64,000 nt of DNA from Eledone cirrhosa (lineage: Eukaryota), in the NCBI GenBank assembly GCA_964016885.1, contig OZ024753.1, positions 24,366,001 to 24,430,000 on the forward strand, written 5' to 3'. Made by a program: the position numbers and the translations under genes. Below the pieces are notes generated by a model that worked only from the letters and a program-made list of their open reading frames with translations, made no database searches and had not been told where the DNA came from. Shown here in pieces: positions 13,925-29,843 of the stretch (its first letter is position 1; each line of letters starts with the position of its first letter).

Positions 13925-16900
13925 GGACAAACACTGTATGTAACAGACAGAGGGATAACACTGTATGTAACAGACAGAGGACTAACACTGTATGTAACAG
14001 ACAGAGGACTAACACTGTATGTAACAGACAGAGGACTAACACTGTATGTAACAGACAGAGGACCAACACTGTATGTGACAGACAGAGGACTAACTCTGTA
14101 TGCAACAGACAGAGGACGAACACTGTATGCAACAGACAGAGGACTAATAATGTATGTAACAGACAGAGGACTAACACTGTATGTAACAGACGGAGGACTG
14201 AAACTGTATGTAACAGACAGAGGACTAACACTGTATGTAACAGACAGAGGACTGACACTGTATGTCACAGACAGAGGACTAACAGTGTATGTAACAGACA
14301 GAGGACTCATACTGTATGTAACAGACAGAGGTTAACACTGTATGTAACAGACAGAGGACTAACACTGTATGTAACAGACAGAGGACTAACACTGTATGTA
14401 ACAGACAGAGGACTAAAACTGTATGTAACAGACAAAGGATTACCACTGTATGTAACAAACAGAGGACTAACACTGTGTGCAACAGACAGAGGAGTAACAC
14501 TGTATGTAACAGACAGAGGATAAACACTGTATGTAACAGACAGAGGCCTAACATTGTATTCAACAGACAGAGGACTAACACTGTATGTAACAGACAGAGG
14601 ACTAACACTGTATGTAACAGACAGAGGACTAACACTGTATGTAACAGACAGAGGACTAACACTGTATGTAATAGACAGAGGAGTAAAACTCTATGTAACA
14701 GACAGAGGATAAACACTGTATGTAACAGACAGAGGACTAACCCTGTATGTAACAGACAGTGGACTAACACTGTATGCAACAGACAGAGGACTAACACTGT
14801 ATGTAACAGACAGAGGACTAACACTGTATGTAACAGACAGAGGACTAACACTGTATGTAACAGACAGAGGACTAACACTGTATGTAACAGACAAAGGTTT
14901 AACACTGTATGTAACAGACAGAGGACTAACACTGTACGTAACAGACAGGGGACTAACACATTATGTAACAGACAGAGGAGTAACACTGTATGTAACAGAC
15001 AGAGGACTAACACTGTATGTAACAGACAGAGGACTAAAACTGTATGTAATAGACAGAGGACTAACACTGTATGTAACAGACAGATGGTTAACACTGTATG
15101 CAAAAGACAAAGGATTAACACTGTATGTAACAGACAGAGGACTAACAGTGTATGTAACAGACAGAGGACCAACACTGTATGCAATAGACAGAGGACGAAC
15201 ACTGTATGCAACAGATAGAGGACTAATATTGTATGTAACAGACAGAGGACTGACACTGTATGTCACAGACAGAGGACTAACAGTGTATGTAACAGGGAGA
15301 GGACTAACATTGTATGTAACAGACAGAGAACTCATACTGTATGTAACAGACAGAGGGTTAACACTGTATGTAACAGACAGAGGACTAACCCTGTATGTAA
15401 CAGACAGAGGACTAACTGTGTATGTAACAGACAGAGGAATAACACTGTATGTAACAGACAGAGGACTAACACTGTATGTAACAGACAGAGGACTAACACT
15501 GTATGTAACAGACAGAGGACTAACACTGTATGTAACGGACAGAGGACAAACACTGTATGTAACAGACAGAGGGATAACACTGTATGTAACAGACAGAGGA
15601 CTAACACTGTATGTAACAGACAGAGGACTAACACTGTATGTAACAGACAGAGGACTAACACTGTATGTAACAGACAGAGGACCAACACTGTATGTGACAG
15701 ACAGAGGACTAACTCTGTATGCAACAGACAGAGGACGAACACTGTATGCAACAGACAGAGGACTAATAATGTATGTAACAGACAGAGGACTAACACTGTA
15801 TGTAACAGACAGAGGACTGAAACTGTATGTAACAGACAGAGGACTAACACTGTATGTAACAGACAGAGGACTGACACTGTATGTCACAGACAGAGGACTA
15901 ACAGTGTATGTAACAGACAGAGGACTCATACTGTATGTAACAGACAGAGGTTAACACTGTATGTAACAGACAGAGGACTAACACTGTATGTAACAGACAG
16001 AGGACTAACACTGTATGTAACAGACAGAGGACTAAAACTGTATGTAACAGACAAAGGATTACCACTGTATGTAACAAACAGAGGACTAACACTGTGTGCA
16101 ACAGACAGAGGAGTAACACTGTATGTAACAGACAGAGGATAAACACTGTATGTAACAGACAGAGGCCTAACATTGTATTCAACAGACAGAGGACTAACAC
16201 TGTATGTAACAGACAGAGGACTAACACTGTATGTAACAGACAGAGGACTAACACTGTATGTAACAGACAGAGGACTAACACTGTATGTAATAGACAGAGG
16301 AGTAAAACTGTATGTAACAGACAGAGGATAAACACTGTATGTAACAGACAGAGGACTAACCCTGTATGTAACAGACAGTGGACTAACACTGTATGCAACA
16401 GACAGAGGACTAACACTGTATGTAACAGACAGAGGACTAACACTGTATGTAACAGACAGAGGACTAACACTGTATGTAACAGACAGAGGACTAACACTGT
16501 ATGTAACAGACAAAGGGTTAACACTGTATGTAACAGACAGAGGACTAACACTGTACGTAACAGACAGGGGACTAACACATTATGTAACAGACAGAGGAGT
16601 AACACTGTATGTAACAGACAGAGGACTAACACTGTATGTAACAGACAGAGGACTAAAACTGTATGTAATAGACAGAGGACTAACACTGTATGTAACAGAC
16701 AGATGGTTAACACTGTATGCAAAAGACAAAGGATTAACACTGTATGTAACAGACAGAGGACTAACAGTGTATGTAACAGACAGAGGACCAACACTGTATG
16801 CAATAGACAGAGGACGAACACTGTATGCAACAGATAGAGGACTAATATTGTATGTAACAGACAGAGGACTGACACTGTATGTCACAGACAGAGGACTAAC

Positions 16901-17160
16901 AGTGTATGTAACAGGGAGAGGACTAACATTGTATGTAACAGACAGAGAACTCATACTGTATGTAACAGACAGAGGGTTAACACTGTATGTAACAGACAGA
17001 GGACTAACCCTGTATGTAACAGATAGAGGACTAACTGTGTATGTAACAGACAGAGGAATAACACTGTATGTAACAGACAGAGGACTAACACTGTATGTAA
17101 CAGACAGAGGACTAACACTGTATGTAACAGACAGAGGACTAACACTGTATGTAACGGACA
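13925..17160 (+). repeat. Tandem block duplication, unit 1619 bp (60 monomers minus 1 nt), 2 copies
   Basis: ORF pairs 14279..15256/15898..16875 and 14475..15218/16094..16837. Each unit has one 26-bp monomer (AGAGGTTAAC). Confidence 0.9.
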
Positions 17161-20100
17161 GAGGACGAACACTGTATGCAACAGACAGAGGACTAACACT
17201 GTATGTAACAGACAGAGGGATAACACTGTATGTAACAGACAGAGGACTAACACTGTATGTAACAGACAGAGGACTAACACTGTATGTAACAGACAGAGGG
17301 CTAACACTGTATGTAACAGACAGAGGATTAACACTGTATGTAACAGACTGAGGGCTAACACTATATAACAGGCAGAGGACTAACACTGTATGTAACAGAC
17401 AGAGGACTAACACTGTATGTAACATACAGAGGACTAACACTGTATGTAACAGACAGAGGGATAACACTGTATGTAACAGACAGAGGACTAACACTGTATG
17501 TAACAGACAGAGGACTAACACTGTATGTAACAGACAGAGGGCTAACACTGTATGGAACAGACAGAGGACTAACACTGTATGTAACAGACAGAGGACTGAG
17601 CCTGTATGTCACAGACAGAGGACTAAAAGTGTATGTAACAGACAGAGGACTAACACTGTATGTAACAGACAGAGGACTCATACTGTATGTAACAGACAGA
17701 GGGTTAACACTGTATGTAACAGACAGAGGACTAACACTGTATGTAACAGACAGAGGACTAACACTGTATGTAACAGACAGAGGACTAAAACTGTATGTAA
17801 CAGACAAAGGATTACCACTGTATGTAACAAACAGAGGACTAATACTGTGTGCAACAGACAGAGGAGTAACACTGTATGTAACAGACAGAGGATAAACACT
17901 GTATGTAATAGACAGAGGAGTAAAACTGTATGTAACAGACAGAGGATAAACACTGTATGTAACAGACAGAGGACTAATATTGTATGTAACAGACAGAGGA
18001 CTGACACTGTATGTCACAGACAGAGGACTAACAGTGTATGTAACAGGGAGAGGACTAACATTGTATGTAACAGACAGAGAACTCATACTGTATGTAACAG
18101 ACAGAGGGTTAACACTGTATGTAACAGACAGAGGACTAACCCTGTATGTAACAGACAGAGGACTAACTGTGTATGTAACAGACAGAGGACTAACACTGTA
18201 TGTAACGGACAGAGGACGAACACTGTATGCAACAGACAGAGGACTAACACTGTATGTAACAGACAGAGGACTAACACTGTATGTAACAGACAGAGGACTA
18301 ACACTGTATGTAACGGACAGAGGACGAACACTGTATGCAACAGACAGAGGACTGACAATGTATGTAACAGACAGAGGGATAACACTGTATGTAACAGACA
18401 GAGGACTAACACTGTATGTAACAGACAGAGGACTAACACTGTATGTAACAGACAGAGGGCTAACACTGTATGTAACAGACAGAGGATTAACACTGTATGT
18501 AACAGACTTAGGGCTAACACTATGTAACAGGCAGAGGACTAACACTGTATGTAACAGACAGAGGGATAACACTGTATGTAACAGACAGAGGACTAACACT
18601 GTATGTAACAGACAGAGGACTAACACAGTATGTAACAGACAGAGGGCTAACAATGTATGGAACAGACAGAGGACTAACACTGTATGTAACAGACAGAGGA
18701 CTGACCCTGTATGTCACAGACAGAGGACTAAAAGTGTATGTAACAGACAGAGGACTAACACTGTATGTAACAGACAGAGGACTCATACTGTATGTAACAG
18801 ACAGAGGGTTAACACTGTATGTAACAGACAGAGGACTAACACTGTATGTAACAGACAGAGGACTAACAATGTATGTAACAGACAGAGGACTAAAACTGTA
18901 TGTAACAGACAAAGGATTACCACTGTATGTAACAAACAGAGGACTAACACTGTGTGCAACAGACAGAGGAGTAACACTGTATGTAACAGACAGAGGATAA
19001 ACACTGTATGTAACAGACAGAGGCCTAACATTGTATTCAACAGACAGAGGACTAACACTGTATGTTACAGACAGAGGACTAACACTGTATGTAACAGACA
19101 GAGGACTAACACTGTATGTAACAGACAGAGGACTAACACTGTATGTAATAGACAGAGGAGTAAAAGTGTATGTAACAGACAGAGGATAAACACTGTATGT
19201 AACAGACAGAGGACTAACACTGTATGTAACAGACAGTTGACTAACACTGTATGCAACAGACAGAGGACTAATACTGTATGTAACAGACAGAGGACTAACA
19301 CTGTATGTAACAGACAGAGGACTAACACTGTATGTAACAGACAGAGGACTAACACTGTATGTAACAGACAGAGGACTAAAACTGTATGTAATAGACAGAG
19401 GACTAACACTGTATGTAACAGACAGATGGTTAACACTGTATGCAAAAGACAAAGGATTAACACTGTATGTAACAGACAGAGGACTAACAGTGTATGTAAC
19501 AGACAGAGGACTAACACTGTATGCAATAGACAGAGGACGAACACTGTATGCAAAAGATAGAGGACTAATATTGTATGTAACAGACAGAGGACTAACACTG
19601 TATGTAACAGACAGAGGACTGACACTGTATGTAACAGACAGAGGACTAACACTGTATGTAACAGACAGAGGACTGACACTCTATGTCACAGACAGAGGAC
19701 TAACAGTGTATGTAACAGACAGAGGACTAACAATGTATGTAACAGACAGAGGACTCATACTGTATATAACAGACAGAGGGTTAACACTGTATGTAACAGA
19801 CAGAGGACTAACCCTGTATGTAACAGACAGAGGACTAACTGTGTATGTAACAGGCAGAGGACTAACACTGTATGTAACAGACAGAGGACTGACACTGTAT
19901 GTAACAGACAGTGGACTAACACTGCATGTAACAGACAGAGGACTAACGCTGTATGTAACAGACAGAGGACCAACATTGTATGTAACAGACAGAGGACTAA
20001 CACTGTATGTAACTGACGGAGGGTTAACTCTGTATGTAACAGAGTACTAACACTGTATGTAACAGACAGAGGACTAACACTGTATGTAACAGACAGAGGA

Positions 20101-20186
20101 CTGACAGTGTATGTAACAGACAGAGGACTAACACTGTATGTCACAGACATAAGACTAACACTGTATGTAACAGACAGCGGTCTAAT

Positions 20187-20216
20187 AGTGGTAGACCTCT
20201 GTCTGTTACATACAGT
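20187..20216 (-). repeat. Inverted monomer, subtype C, copy 1
   Basis: AGTGGTAGACCTCTGTCTGTTACATACAGT, preceded by GCGGTCTAAT and followed by GTATTTAACAGTTAGAGGTCT. Confidence 0.96.
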
Positions 20217-21039
20217 GTATTTAACAGTTAGAGGTCTAACACTGTATGTAACAGACAGAAGACTAACACTGTATGTAACAGACAGCGAACTAACACCGTA
20301 TGTAACAGACAGCGGACTAACACTGTATGTAACAGACAGAGGATTAACACTGTATGTAACAGACAGAGGACTAACACTGTATGTAACAGACAGAGGACTA
20401 AAACTGTATGTAACAGACAAAGGATTACCACTGTATGTAACAAACAGAGGACTAACACTGTGTGCAACAGACAGAGGAGTAACACTGTATGTAACAGACA
20501 GAGGATAAACACTGTATGTAACAGACAGAGGCCTAACATCGTATTCAACAGACAGAGGACTAACACTGTATGTAACAGACAGAGGACTAACACTGTATGT
20601 AACAGACAGAGGACTAACACTGTATGTAACAGACAGAGGACTAACACTGTATGTAATAGACAGAGGAGTAAAACTGTATGTAACAGACAGAGGATAAACA
20701 CCGTATGTAACAGACAGAGGGCTAACATTGTATGTAACAGACAGTGGACTAACACTGTATGCAACAGACAGAGGACTAATACTGTATGTAACAGACAGAG
20801 GACTAACACTGTATGTAACAGACAGAGGACTAACACTGTATGTAACAGACAGAGGACTAACACTGTATGTAACAAACAGAGGACTAACACTGTATGTAAC
20901 AGACACAGGGTTAACACTGTATGTAACAGACAGAGGACTGACACTGTATGTAACAGACAGAGGACTAACACTGTATGTAACAGACAGAGGACTGACACAC
21001 TATGTCACAGACAGAGGACTAACAGTGTATGTAACAGAC

Positions 21040-24000
21040 AGAGGACTAACACTGTATGTAACAGACAGAGGACTCATACTGTATGTAACAGACAGAGGGT
21101 TAACACTGTATGTAACAGACAGAGGACTAACCCTGTATGTAACAGACAGAGGACTAACTGTGTATGTAACAGGCAGAGGACTAAAACTGTATGTAACAGA
21201 CAAAGGATTACCACTGTATGTAACAAACAGAGGACTAATACTGTGTGCAACAGACAGAGGAGTAACACTGTATGTAACAGACAGAGGATAAACACTGTAT
21301 GTAATAGACAGAGGAGTAAAACTGTATGTAACAGACAGAGGACTAACACTGTATGTAACAGACAGAGGACTAACACTGAATGTAACAGACAGCGGAATAA
21401 CAATGTATGTAACAGACAGAGGACTAACACTGTATCTAACAGACAGAGGACTAACTGTGTATGTAACAGGCAGAGGACTAACACTGCATGTAACAGACAG
21501 AGGACTGACACTGTATGTAACAGACAGAGGGCTAACACTGTATGTAACAGACAGAGGACTAACACTGTATGTAACAGACAGAGGGTTAACACTGTATGTA
21601 ACAGACAGAGGGTTAACTCTGTATGTAACAGACAGAGGACTAACACAGCATGTAACAGACAGAGGACTGACCCTGTATGTCACAGACAGAGGACTAAAAG
21701 TGTATGTAACAGACAGAGGACTAACACTGTATGTAACAGACAGAGGACTCATACTGTATGTAACAGACAGAGGGTTAACACTGTATGTAACAGACAGAGG
21801 ACTAACACTGTATGTAACAGACAGAGGACTAACACTGTATGTAACAGACAGAGGACTAAAACTGTATGTAACAGACAAAGGATTACCACTGTATGTAACA
21901 AACAGAGGACTAATACTGTGTGCAACAGACAGAGGAGTAACACTGTATGTAACAGACAGAGGATAAACACTGTATGTAATAGACAGAGGAGTAAAACTGT
22001 ATGTAGCAGACAGAGGATAAACACTGTATGTAACAGACAGAGGACTAATATTGTATGTAACAGACAGAGGACTGACACTGTATGTCACAGACAGAGGACT
22101 AACAGTGTATGTAACAGGGAGAGGACTAACATTGTATGTAACAGACAGAGAACTCATACTGTATGTAACAGACAGAGGGTTAACACTGTATGTAACAGAC
22201 AGAGGACTAACTGTGTATGTAACAGACAGAGGACTAACACTGTATGTAACGGACAGAGGACGAACACTGTATGCAACAGACAGAGGACTAACACTGTATG
22301 TAACAGACAGAGGACTAACACTGTATGTAACAGACAGAGGACTAACACTGTATGTAACGGACAGAGGACGAACACTGTATGCAACAGACAGAGGACTAAC
22401 AATGTATGTCACAGACAGAGGGATAACACTGTATGTAACAGACAGAGGACTAACACTGTATGTAACAGACAGAGGACTAACACTGTATGTAACAGACAGA
22501 GGGCTAACACTGTATGTAACAGACAGAGGATTAACACTGTATGTAACAGACTTAGGGCTAACACTATGTAACAGGCAGAGGACTAACACTGTATGTAACA
22601 GACAGAGGGATAACACTGTATGTAACAGACAGAGGACTAACACTGTATGTAACAGACAGAGGACTAACACTGTATGTAACAGACAGAGGGCTAACACTGT
22701 ATGGAACAGACAGAGGACTAACACTGTATGTAACAGACAGAGGACTGACCCTGTATGTCACAGACAGAGGACTAAAAGTGTATGTAACAGACAGAGGACT
22801 AACACTGTATGTAACAGACAGAGGACTCATACTGTATGTAACAGACAGAGGGTTAACACTGTATGTAACAGACAGAGGACTAACACTGTATGTAACAGAC
22901 AGAGGACTAACAATGTATGTAACAGACAGAGGACTAAAACTGTATGTAACAGACAAAGGATTACCACTGTATGTAACAAACAGAGGACTAACACTGTGTG
23001 CAACAGACAGAGAATAACACTGTATGTAACAGACAGAGGATAAACACTGTATGTAACAGACAGAGGCCTAACATTGTATTCAACAGACAGAGGACTAACA
23101 CTGTATGTTACAGACAGAGGACTAACACTGTATGTAACAGACAGAGGACTAACACTGTATGTAACAGACAGAGGACTAACACTGTATGTAATAGACAGAG
23201 GAGTAAAACTGTATGTAACAGACAGAGGATAAACACTGTATGTAACAGACAGAGGACTAACACTGTATGTAACAGACAGTTGACTAACACTGTATGCAAC
23301 AGACAGAGGACTAATACTGTATGTAACAGACAGAGGACTAACACTGTATGTAACAGACAGAGGACTAACACTGTATGTAACAGACAGAGGACTAACACTG
23401 TATGTAACAGACAGAGGACTAACACTGTATGTAACAGACAGAGGGTTAACACTGTATGTAACAGACAGAGGACTAACACTGTACGTAACAGACAGGGGAC
23501 TAACACATTATGTAACAGACAGAGGAGTAACACTGTATGTAACAGACAGAGGACTAACACTGTATGTAACAGACAGAGGACTAAAACTGTATGTAATAGA
23601 CAGAGGACTAACACTGTATGTAACAGACAGATGGTTAACACTGTATGCAAAAGACAAAGGATTAACACTGTATGTAACAGACAGAGGACTAACAGTGTAT
23701 GTAACAGACAGAGGACTAACACTGTATGCAATAGACAGAGGACGAACACTGTATGCAAAAGATAGAGGACTAATATTGTATGTAACAGACAGAGGACTAA
23801 CACTGTATGTAACAGACAGAGGACTCATACTGTATGTAACAGACAGAGGGTTAACACTGTATGTAACAGACAGAGGACTAACCCTGTATGTAACAGACAG
23901 AGGACTAACTGTGTATGTAACAGGCAGAGGACTAAAACTGTATGTAACAGACAAAGGATTACCACTGTATGTAACAAACAGAGGACTAATACTATGTGCA

Positions 24001-27000
24001 ACAGACAGAGGAGTAACACTGTATGTAACAGACAGAGGATAAACACTGTATGTAATAGACAGAGGAGTAAAACTGTATGTAACAGACAGAGGACTAACAC
24101 TGTATGTAACAGACAGAGGACTAACATTGAATGTAACAGACAGCGGAATAACAATGTATGTAACAGACAGAGGACTAACACTGTATCTAACAGACAGAGG
24201 ACTAACTGTGTATGTAACAGGCAGAGGACTAACACTGCATGTAACAGACAGAGGACTGACACTGTATGTAACAGACAGAGGGCTAACATTGTATGTAACA
24301 GACAGAGGACTAACACTGTATGTAACAGACAGAGGGTTAACACTGTATGTAACAGACAGAGGGTTAACTCTGTATGTAACAGACAGAGGACTAACACAGC
24401 ATGTAACAGACAGAGGACTGACCCTGTATGTCACAGACAGAGGACTAAAAGTGTATGTAACAGACAGAGGACTAACACTGTATGTAACAGACAGAGGACT
24501 CATACTGTATGTAACAGACAGAGGGTTAACACTGTATGTAACAGACAGAGGACTAACACTGTATGTAACAGACAGAGGACTAACACTGTATGTAACAGAC
24601 AGAGGACTAAAACTGTATGTAACAGACAAAGGATTACCACTGTATGTAACAAACAGAGGACTAATACTGTGTGCAACAGACAGAGGAGTAACACTGTATG
24701 TAACAGACAGAGGATAAACACTGTATGTAATAGACAGAGGAGTAAAACTGTATGTAGCAGACAGAGGATAAACACTGTATGTAACAGACAGAGGACTAAC
24801 ATTGTATGTAACAGACAGAGAACTCATACTGTATGTAACAGACAGAGGGTTAACACTGTATGTAACAGACAGAGGACTAACTGTGTATGTAACAGACAGA
24901 GGACTAACACTGTATGTAACGGACAGAGGACGAACACTGTATGCAACAGACAGAGGACTAACACTGTATGTAACAGACAGAGGACTAACACTGTATGTAA
25001 CAGACAGAGGACTAACACTGTATGTAACGGACAGAGGACGAACACTGTATGCAACAGACAGAGGACTAACAATGTATGTCACAGACAGAGGGATAACACT
25101 GTATGTAACAGACAGAGGACTAACACTGTATGTAACAGACAGAGGACTAACACTGTATGTAACAGACAGAGGGCTAACACTGTATGTAACAGACAGAGGA
25201 TTAACACTGTATGTAACAGACTTAGGGCTAACACTATGTAACAGGCAGAGGACTAACACTGTATGTAACAGACAGAGGGATAACACTGTATGTAACAGAC
25301 AGAGGACTAACACTGTATGTAACAGACAGAGGACTAACACTGTATGTAACAGACAGAGGGCTAACACTGTATGGAACAGACAGAGGACTAACACTGTATG
25401 TAACAGACAGAGGACTGACCCTGTATGTCACAGACAGAGGACTAAAAGTGTATGTAACAGACAGAGGACTAACACTGTATGTAACAGACAGAGGACTCAT
25501 ACTGTATGTAACAGACAGAGGGTTAACACTGTATGTAACAGACAGAGGACTAACACTGTATGTAACAGACAGAGGACTAACAATGTATGTAACAGACAGA
25601 GGACTAAAACTGTATGTAACAGACAAAGGATTACCACTGTATGTAACAAACAGAGGACTAACACTGTGTGCAACAGACAGAGAATAACACTGTATGTAAC
25701 AGACAGAGGATAAACACTGTATGTAACAGACAGAGGCCTAACATTGTATTCAACAGACAGAGGACTAACACTGTATGTTACAGACAGAGGACTAACACTG
25801 TATGTAACAGACAGAGGACTAACACTGTATGTAACAGACAGAGGACTAACACTGTATGTAATAGACAGAGGAGTAAAACTGTATGTAACAGACAGAGGAT
25901 AAACACTGTATGTAACAGACAGAGGACTAACACTGTATGTAACAGACAGTTGACTAACACTGTATGCAACAGACAGAGGACTAATACTGTATGTAACAGA
26001 CAGAGGACTAACACTGTATGTAACAGACAGAGGACTAACACTGTATGTAACAGACAGAGGACTAACACTGTATGTAACAGACAGAGGACTAACACTGTAT
26101 GTAACAGACAGAGGGTTAACACTGTATGTAACAGACAGAGGACTAACACTGTACGTAACAGACAGGGGACTAACACATTATGTAACAGACAGAGGAGTAA
26201 CACTGTATGTAACAGACAGAGGACTAACACTGTATGTAACAGACAGAGGACTAAAACTGTATGTAATAGACAGAGGACTAACACTGTATGTAACAGACAG
26301 ATGGTTAACACTGTATGCAAAAGACAAAGGATTAACACTGTATGTAACAGACAGAGGACTAACAGTGTATGTAACAGACAGAGGACTAACACTGTATGCA
26401 ATAGACAGAGGACGAACACTGTATGCAAAAGATAGAGGACTAATATTGTATGTAACAGACAGAGGACTAACACTGTATGTAACAGACAGAGGACTCATAC
26501 TGTATGTAACAGACAGAGGGTTAACACTGTATGTAACAGACAGAGGACTAACCCTGTATGTAACAGACAGAGGACTAACTGTGTATGTAACAGGCAGAGG
26601 ACTAAAACTGTATGTAACAGACAAAGGATTACCACTGTATGTAACAAACAGAGGACTAATACTATGTGCAACAGACAGAGGAGTAACACTGTATGTAACA
26701 GACAGAGGATAAACACTGTATGTAATAGACAGAGGAGTAAAACTGTATGTAACAGACAGAGGACTAACACTGTATGTAACAGACAGAGGACTAACATTGA
26801 ATGTAACAGACAGCGGAATAACAATGTATGTAACAGACAGAGGACTAACACTGTATCTAACAGACAGAGGACTAACTGTGTATGTAACAGGCAGAGGACT
26901 AACACTGCATGTAACAGACAGAGGACTGACACTGTATGTAACAGACAGAGGGCTAACACTGTATGTAACAGACAGAGGACTAACACTGTATGTAACAGAC

Positions 27001-29230
27001 AGAGGGTTAACACTGTATGTAACAGACAGAGGGTTAACTCTGTATGTAACAGACAGAGGACTAACACAGCATGTAACAGACAGAGGACTGACCCTGTATG
27101 TCACAGACAGAGGACTAAAAGTGTATGTAACAGACAGAGGACTAACACTGTATGTAACAGACAGAGGACTCATACTGTATGTAACAGACAGAGGGTTAAC
27201 ACTGTATGTAACAGACAGAGGACTAACACTGTATGTAACAGACAGAGGACTAACACTGTATGTAACAGACAGAGGACTAAAACTGTATGTAACAGACAAA
27301 GGATTACCACTGTATGTAACAAACAGAGGACTAATACTGTGTGCAACAGACAGAGGAGTAACACTGTATGTAACAGACAGAGGATAAACACTGTATGTAA
27401 TAGACAGAGGAGTAAAACTGTATGTAGCAGACAGAGGATAAACACTGTATGTAACAGACAGAGGACTAATATTGTATGTAACAGACAGAGGACTGACACT
27501 GTATGTCACAGACAGAGGACTAACAGTGTATGTAACAGGGAGAGGACTAACATTGTATGTAACAGACAGAGAACTCATACTGTATGTAACAGACAGAGGG
27601 TTAACACTGTATGTAACAGACAGAGGACTAACTGTGTATGTAACAGACAGAGGACTAACACTGTATGTAACGGACAGAGGACGAACACTGTATGCAACAG
27701 ACAGAGGACTAACACTGTATGTAACAGACAGAGGACTAACACTGTATGTAACAGACAGAGGACTAACACTGTATGTAACGGACAGAGGACGAACACTGTA
27801 TGCAACAGACAGAGGACTAACAATGTATGTCACAGACAGAGGGATAACACTGTATGTAACAGACAGAGGACTAACACTGTATGTAACAGACAGAGGACTA
27901 ACACTGTATGTAACAGACAGAGGGCTAACACTGTATGTAACAGACAGAGGATTAACACTGTATGTAACAGACTTAGGGCTAACACTATGTAACAGGCAGA
28001 GGACTAACACTGTATGTAACAGACAGAGGGATAACACTGTATGTAACAGACAGAGGACTAACACTGTATGTAACAGACAGAGGACTAACACTGTATGTAA
28101 CAGACAGAGGGCTAACACTGTATGGAACAGACAGAGGACTAACACTGTATGTAACAGACAGAGGACTGACCCTGTATGTCACAGACAGAGGACTAAAAGT
28201 GTATGTAACAGACAGAGGACTAACACTGTATGTAACAGACAGAGGACTCATACTGTATGTAACAGACAGAGGGTTAACACTGTATGTAACAGACAGAGGA
28301 CTAACACTGTATGTAACAGACAGAGGACTAACAATGTATGTAACAGACAGAGGACTAAAACTGTATGTAACAGACAAAGGATTACCACTGTATGTAACAA
28401 ACAGAGGACTAACACTGTGTGCAACAGACAGAGGAGTAACACTGTATGTAACAGACAGAGGATAAACACTGTATGTAACAGACAGAGGCCTAACATTGTA
28501 TTCAACAGACAGAGGACTAACACTGTATGTTACAGACAGAGGACTAACACTGTATGTAACAGACAGAGGACTAACACTGTATGTAACAGACAGAGGACTA
28601 ACACTGTATGTAATAGACAGAGGAGTAAAACTGTATGTAACAGACAGAGGATAAACACTGTATGTAACAGACAGAGGACTAACACTGTATGTAACAGACA
28701 GTTGACTAACACTGTATGCAACAGACAGAGGACTAATACTGTATGTAACAGACAGAGGACTAACACTGTATGTAACAGACAGAGGACTAACACTGTATGT
28801 AACAGACAGAGGACTAACACTGTATGTAACAGACAGAGGACTAACACTGTATGTAACAGACAGAGGGTTAACACTGTATGTAACAGACAGAGGACTAACA
28901 CTGTACGTAACAGACAGGGGACTAACACATTATGTAACAGACAGAGGAGTAACACTGTATGTAACAGACAGAGGACTAACACTGTATGTAACAGACAGAG
29001 GACTAAAACTGTATGTAATAGACAGAGGACTAACACTGTATGTAACAGACAGATGGTTAACACTGTATGCAAAAGACAAAGGATTAACACTGTATGTAAC
29101 AGACAGAGGACTAACAGTGTATGTAACAGACAGAGGACTAACACTGTATGCAATAGACAGAGGACGAACACTGTATGCAAAAGATAGAGGACTAATATTG
29201 TATGTAACAGACAGAGGACTAACACTGTAT
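21040..29230 (+). repeat. Tandem block triplication, unit ~2.67-2.75 kb, 3 copies
   Basis: ORF series 21074/23825/26495, 22154/24824/27575 and 23108/25778/28530. Offsets of 2670 and 2751-2752 differ by three monomers. Confidence 0.9.
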
Positions 29231-29813
29231 GTAACAGACAGAGGACTGACACTGTATGTAACAGACAGAGGACTAACACTGTATGTAACAGACAGAGGAC
29301 AGACACTCTATGTCACAGATAGAGGACTAACAGTGTATGTAACAGACAGAGGACTAACAATGTATGTAACAGACAGAGGACTCATACTGTATATAACAGA
29401 CAGAGGGTTAACACTGTATGTAACAGACAGAGGACTAACCCTGTATGTAACAGACAGAGGACTAACTGTGTATGTAACAGGCAGAGGACTAACACTGTAT
29501 GTAACAGACAGAGGACTGACACTGTATGTAACAGACAGTGGACTAACACTGCATGTAACAGACAGAGGACTAACGCTGTATGTAACAGACAGAGGACCAA
29601 CATTGTATGTAACAGACAGAGGACTAACACTGTATGTAACCGACGGAGGGTTAACTCTGTATGTAACAGAGTACTAACACTGTATGTAACAGACAGAGGA
29701 CTAACACTGTATGTAACAGACAGAGGACTGACAGTGTATGTAACAGACAGAGGACTAACACTGTATGTCACAGACATAAGACTAACACTGTATGTAACAG
29801 ACAGCGGTCTAAT

Positions 29814-29843
29814 AGTGGTAGACCTCTGTCTGTTACATACAGT
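29814..29843 (-). repeat. Inverted monomer, subtype C, copy 2
   Basis: Same 30-mer and flanks as 20187. Confidence 0.96.
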
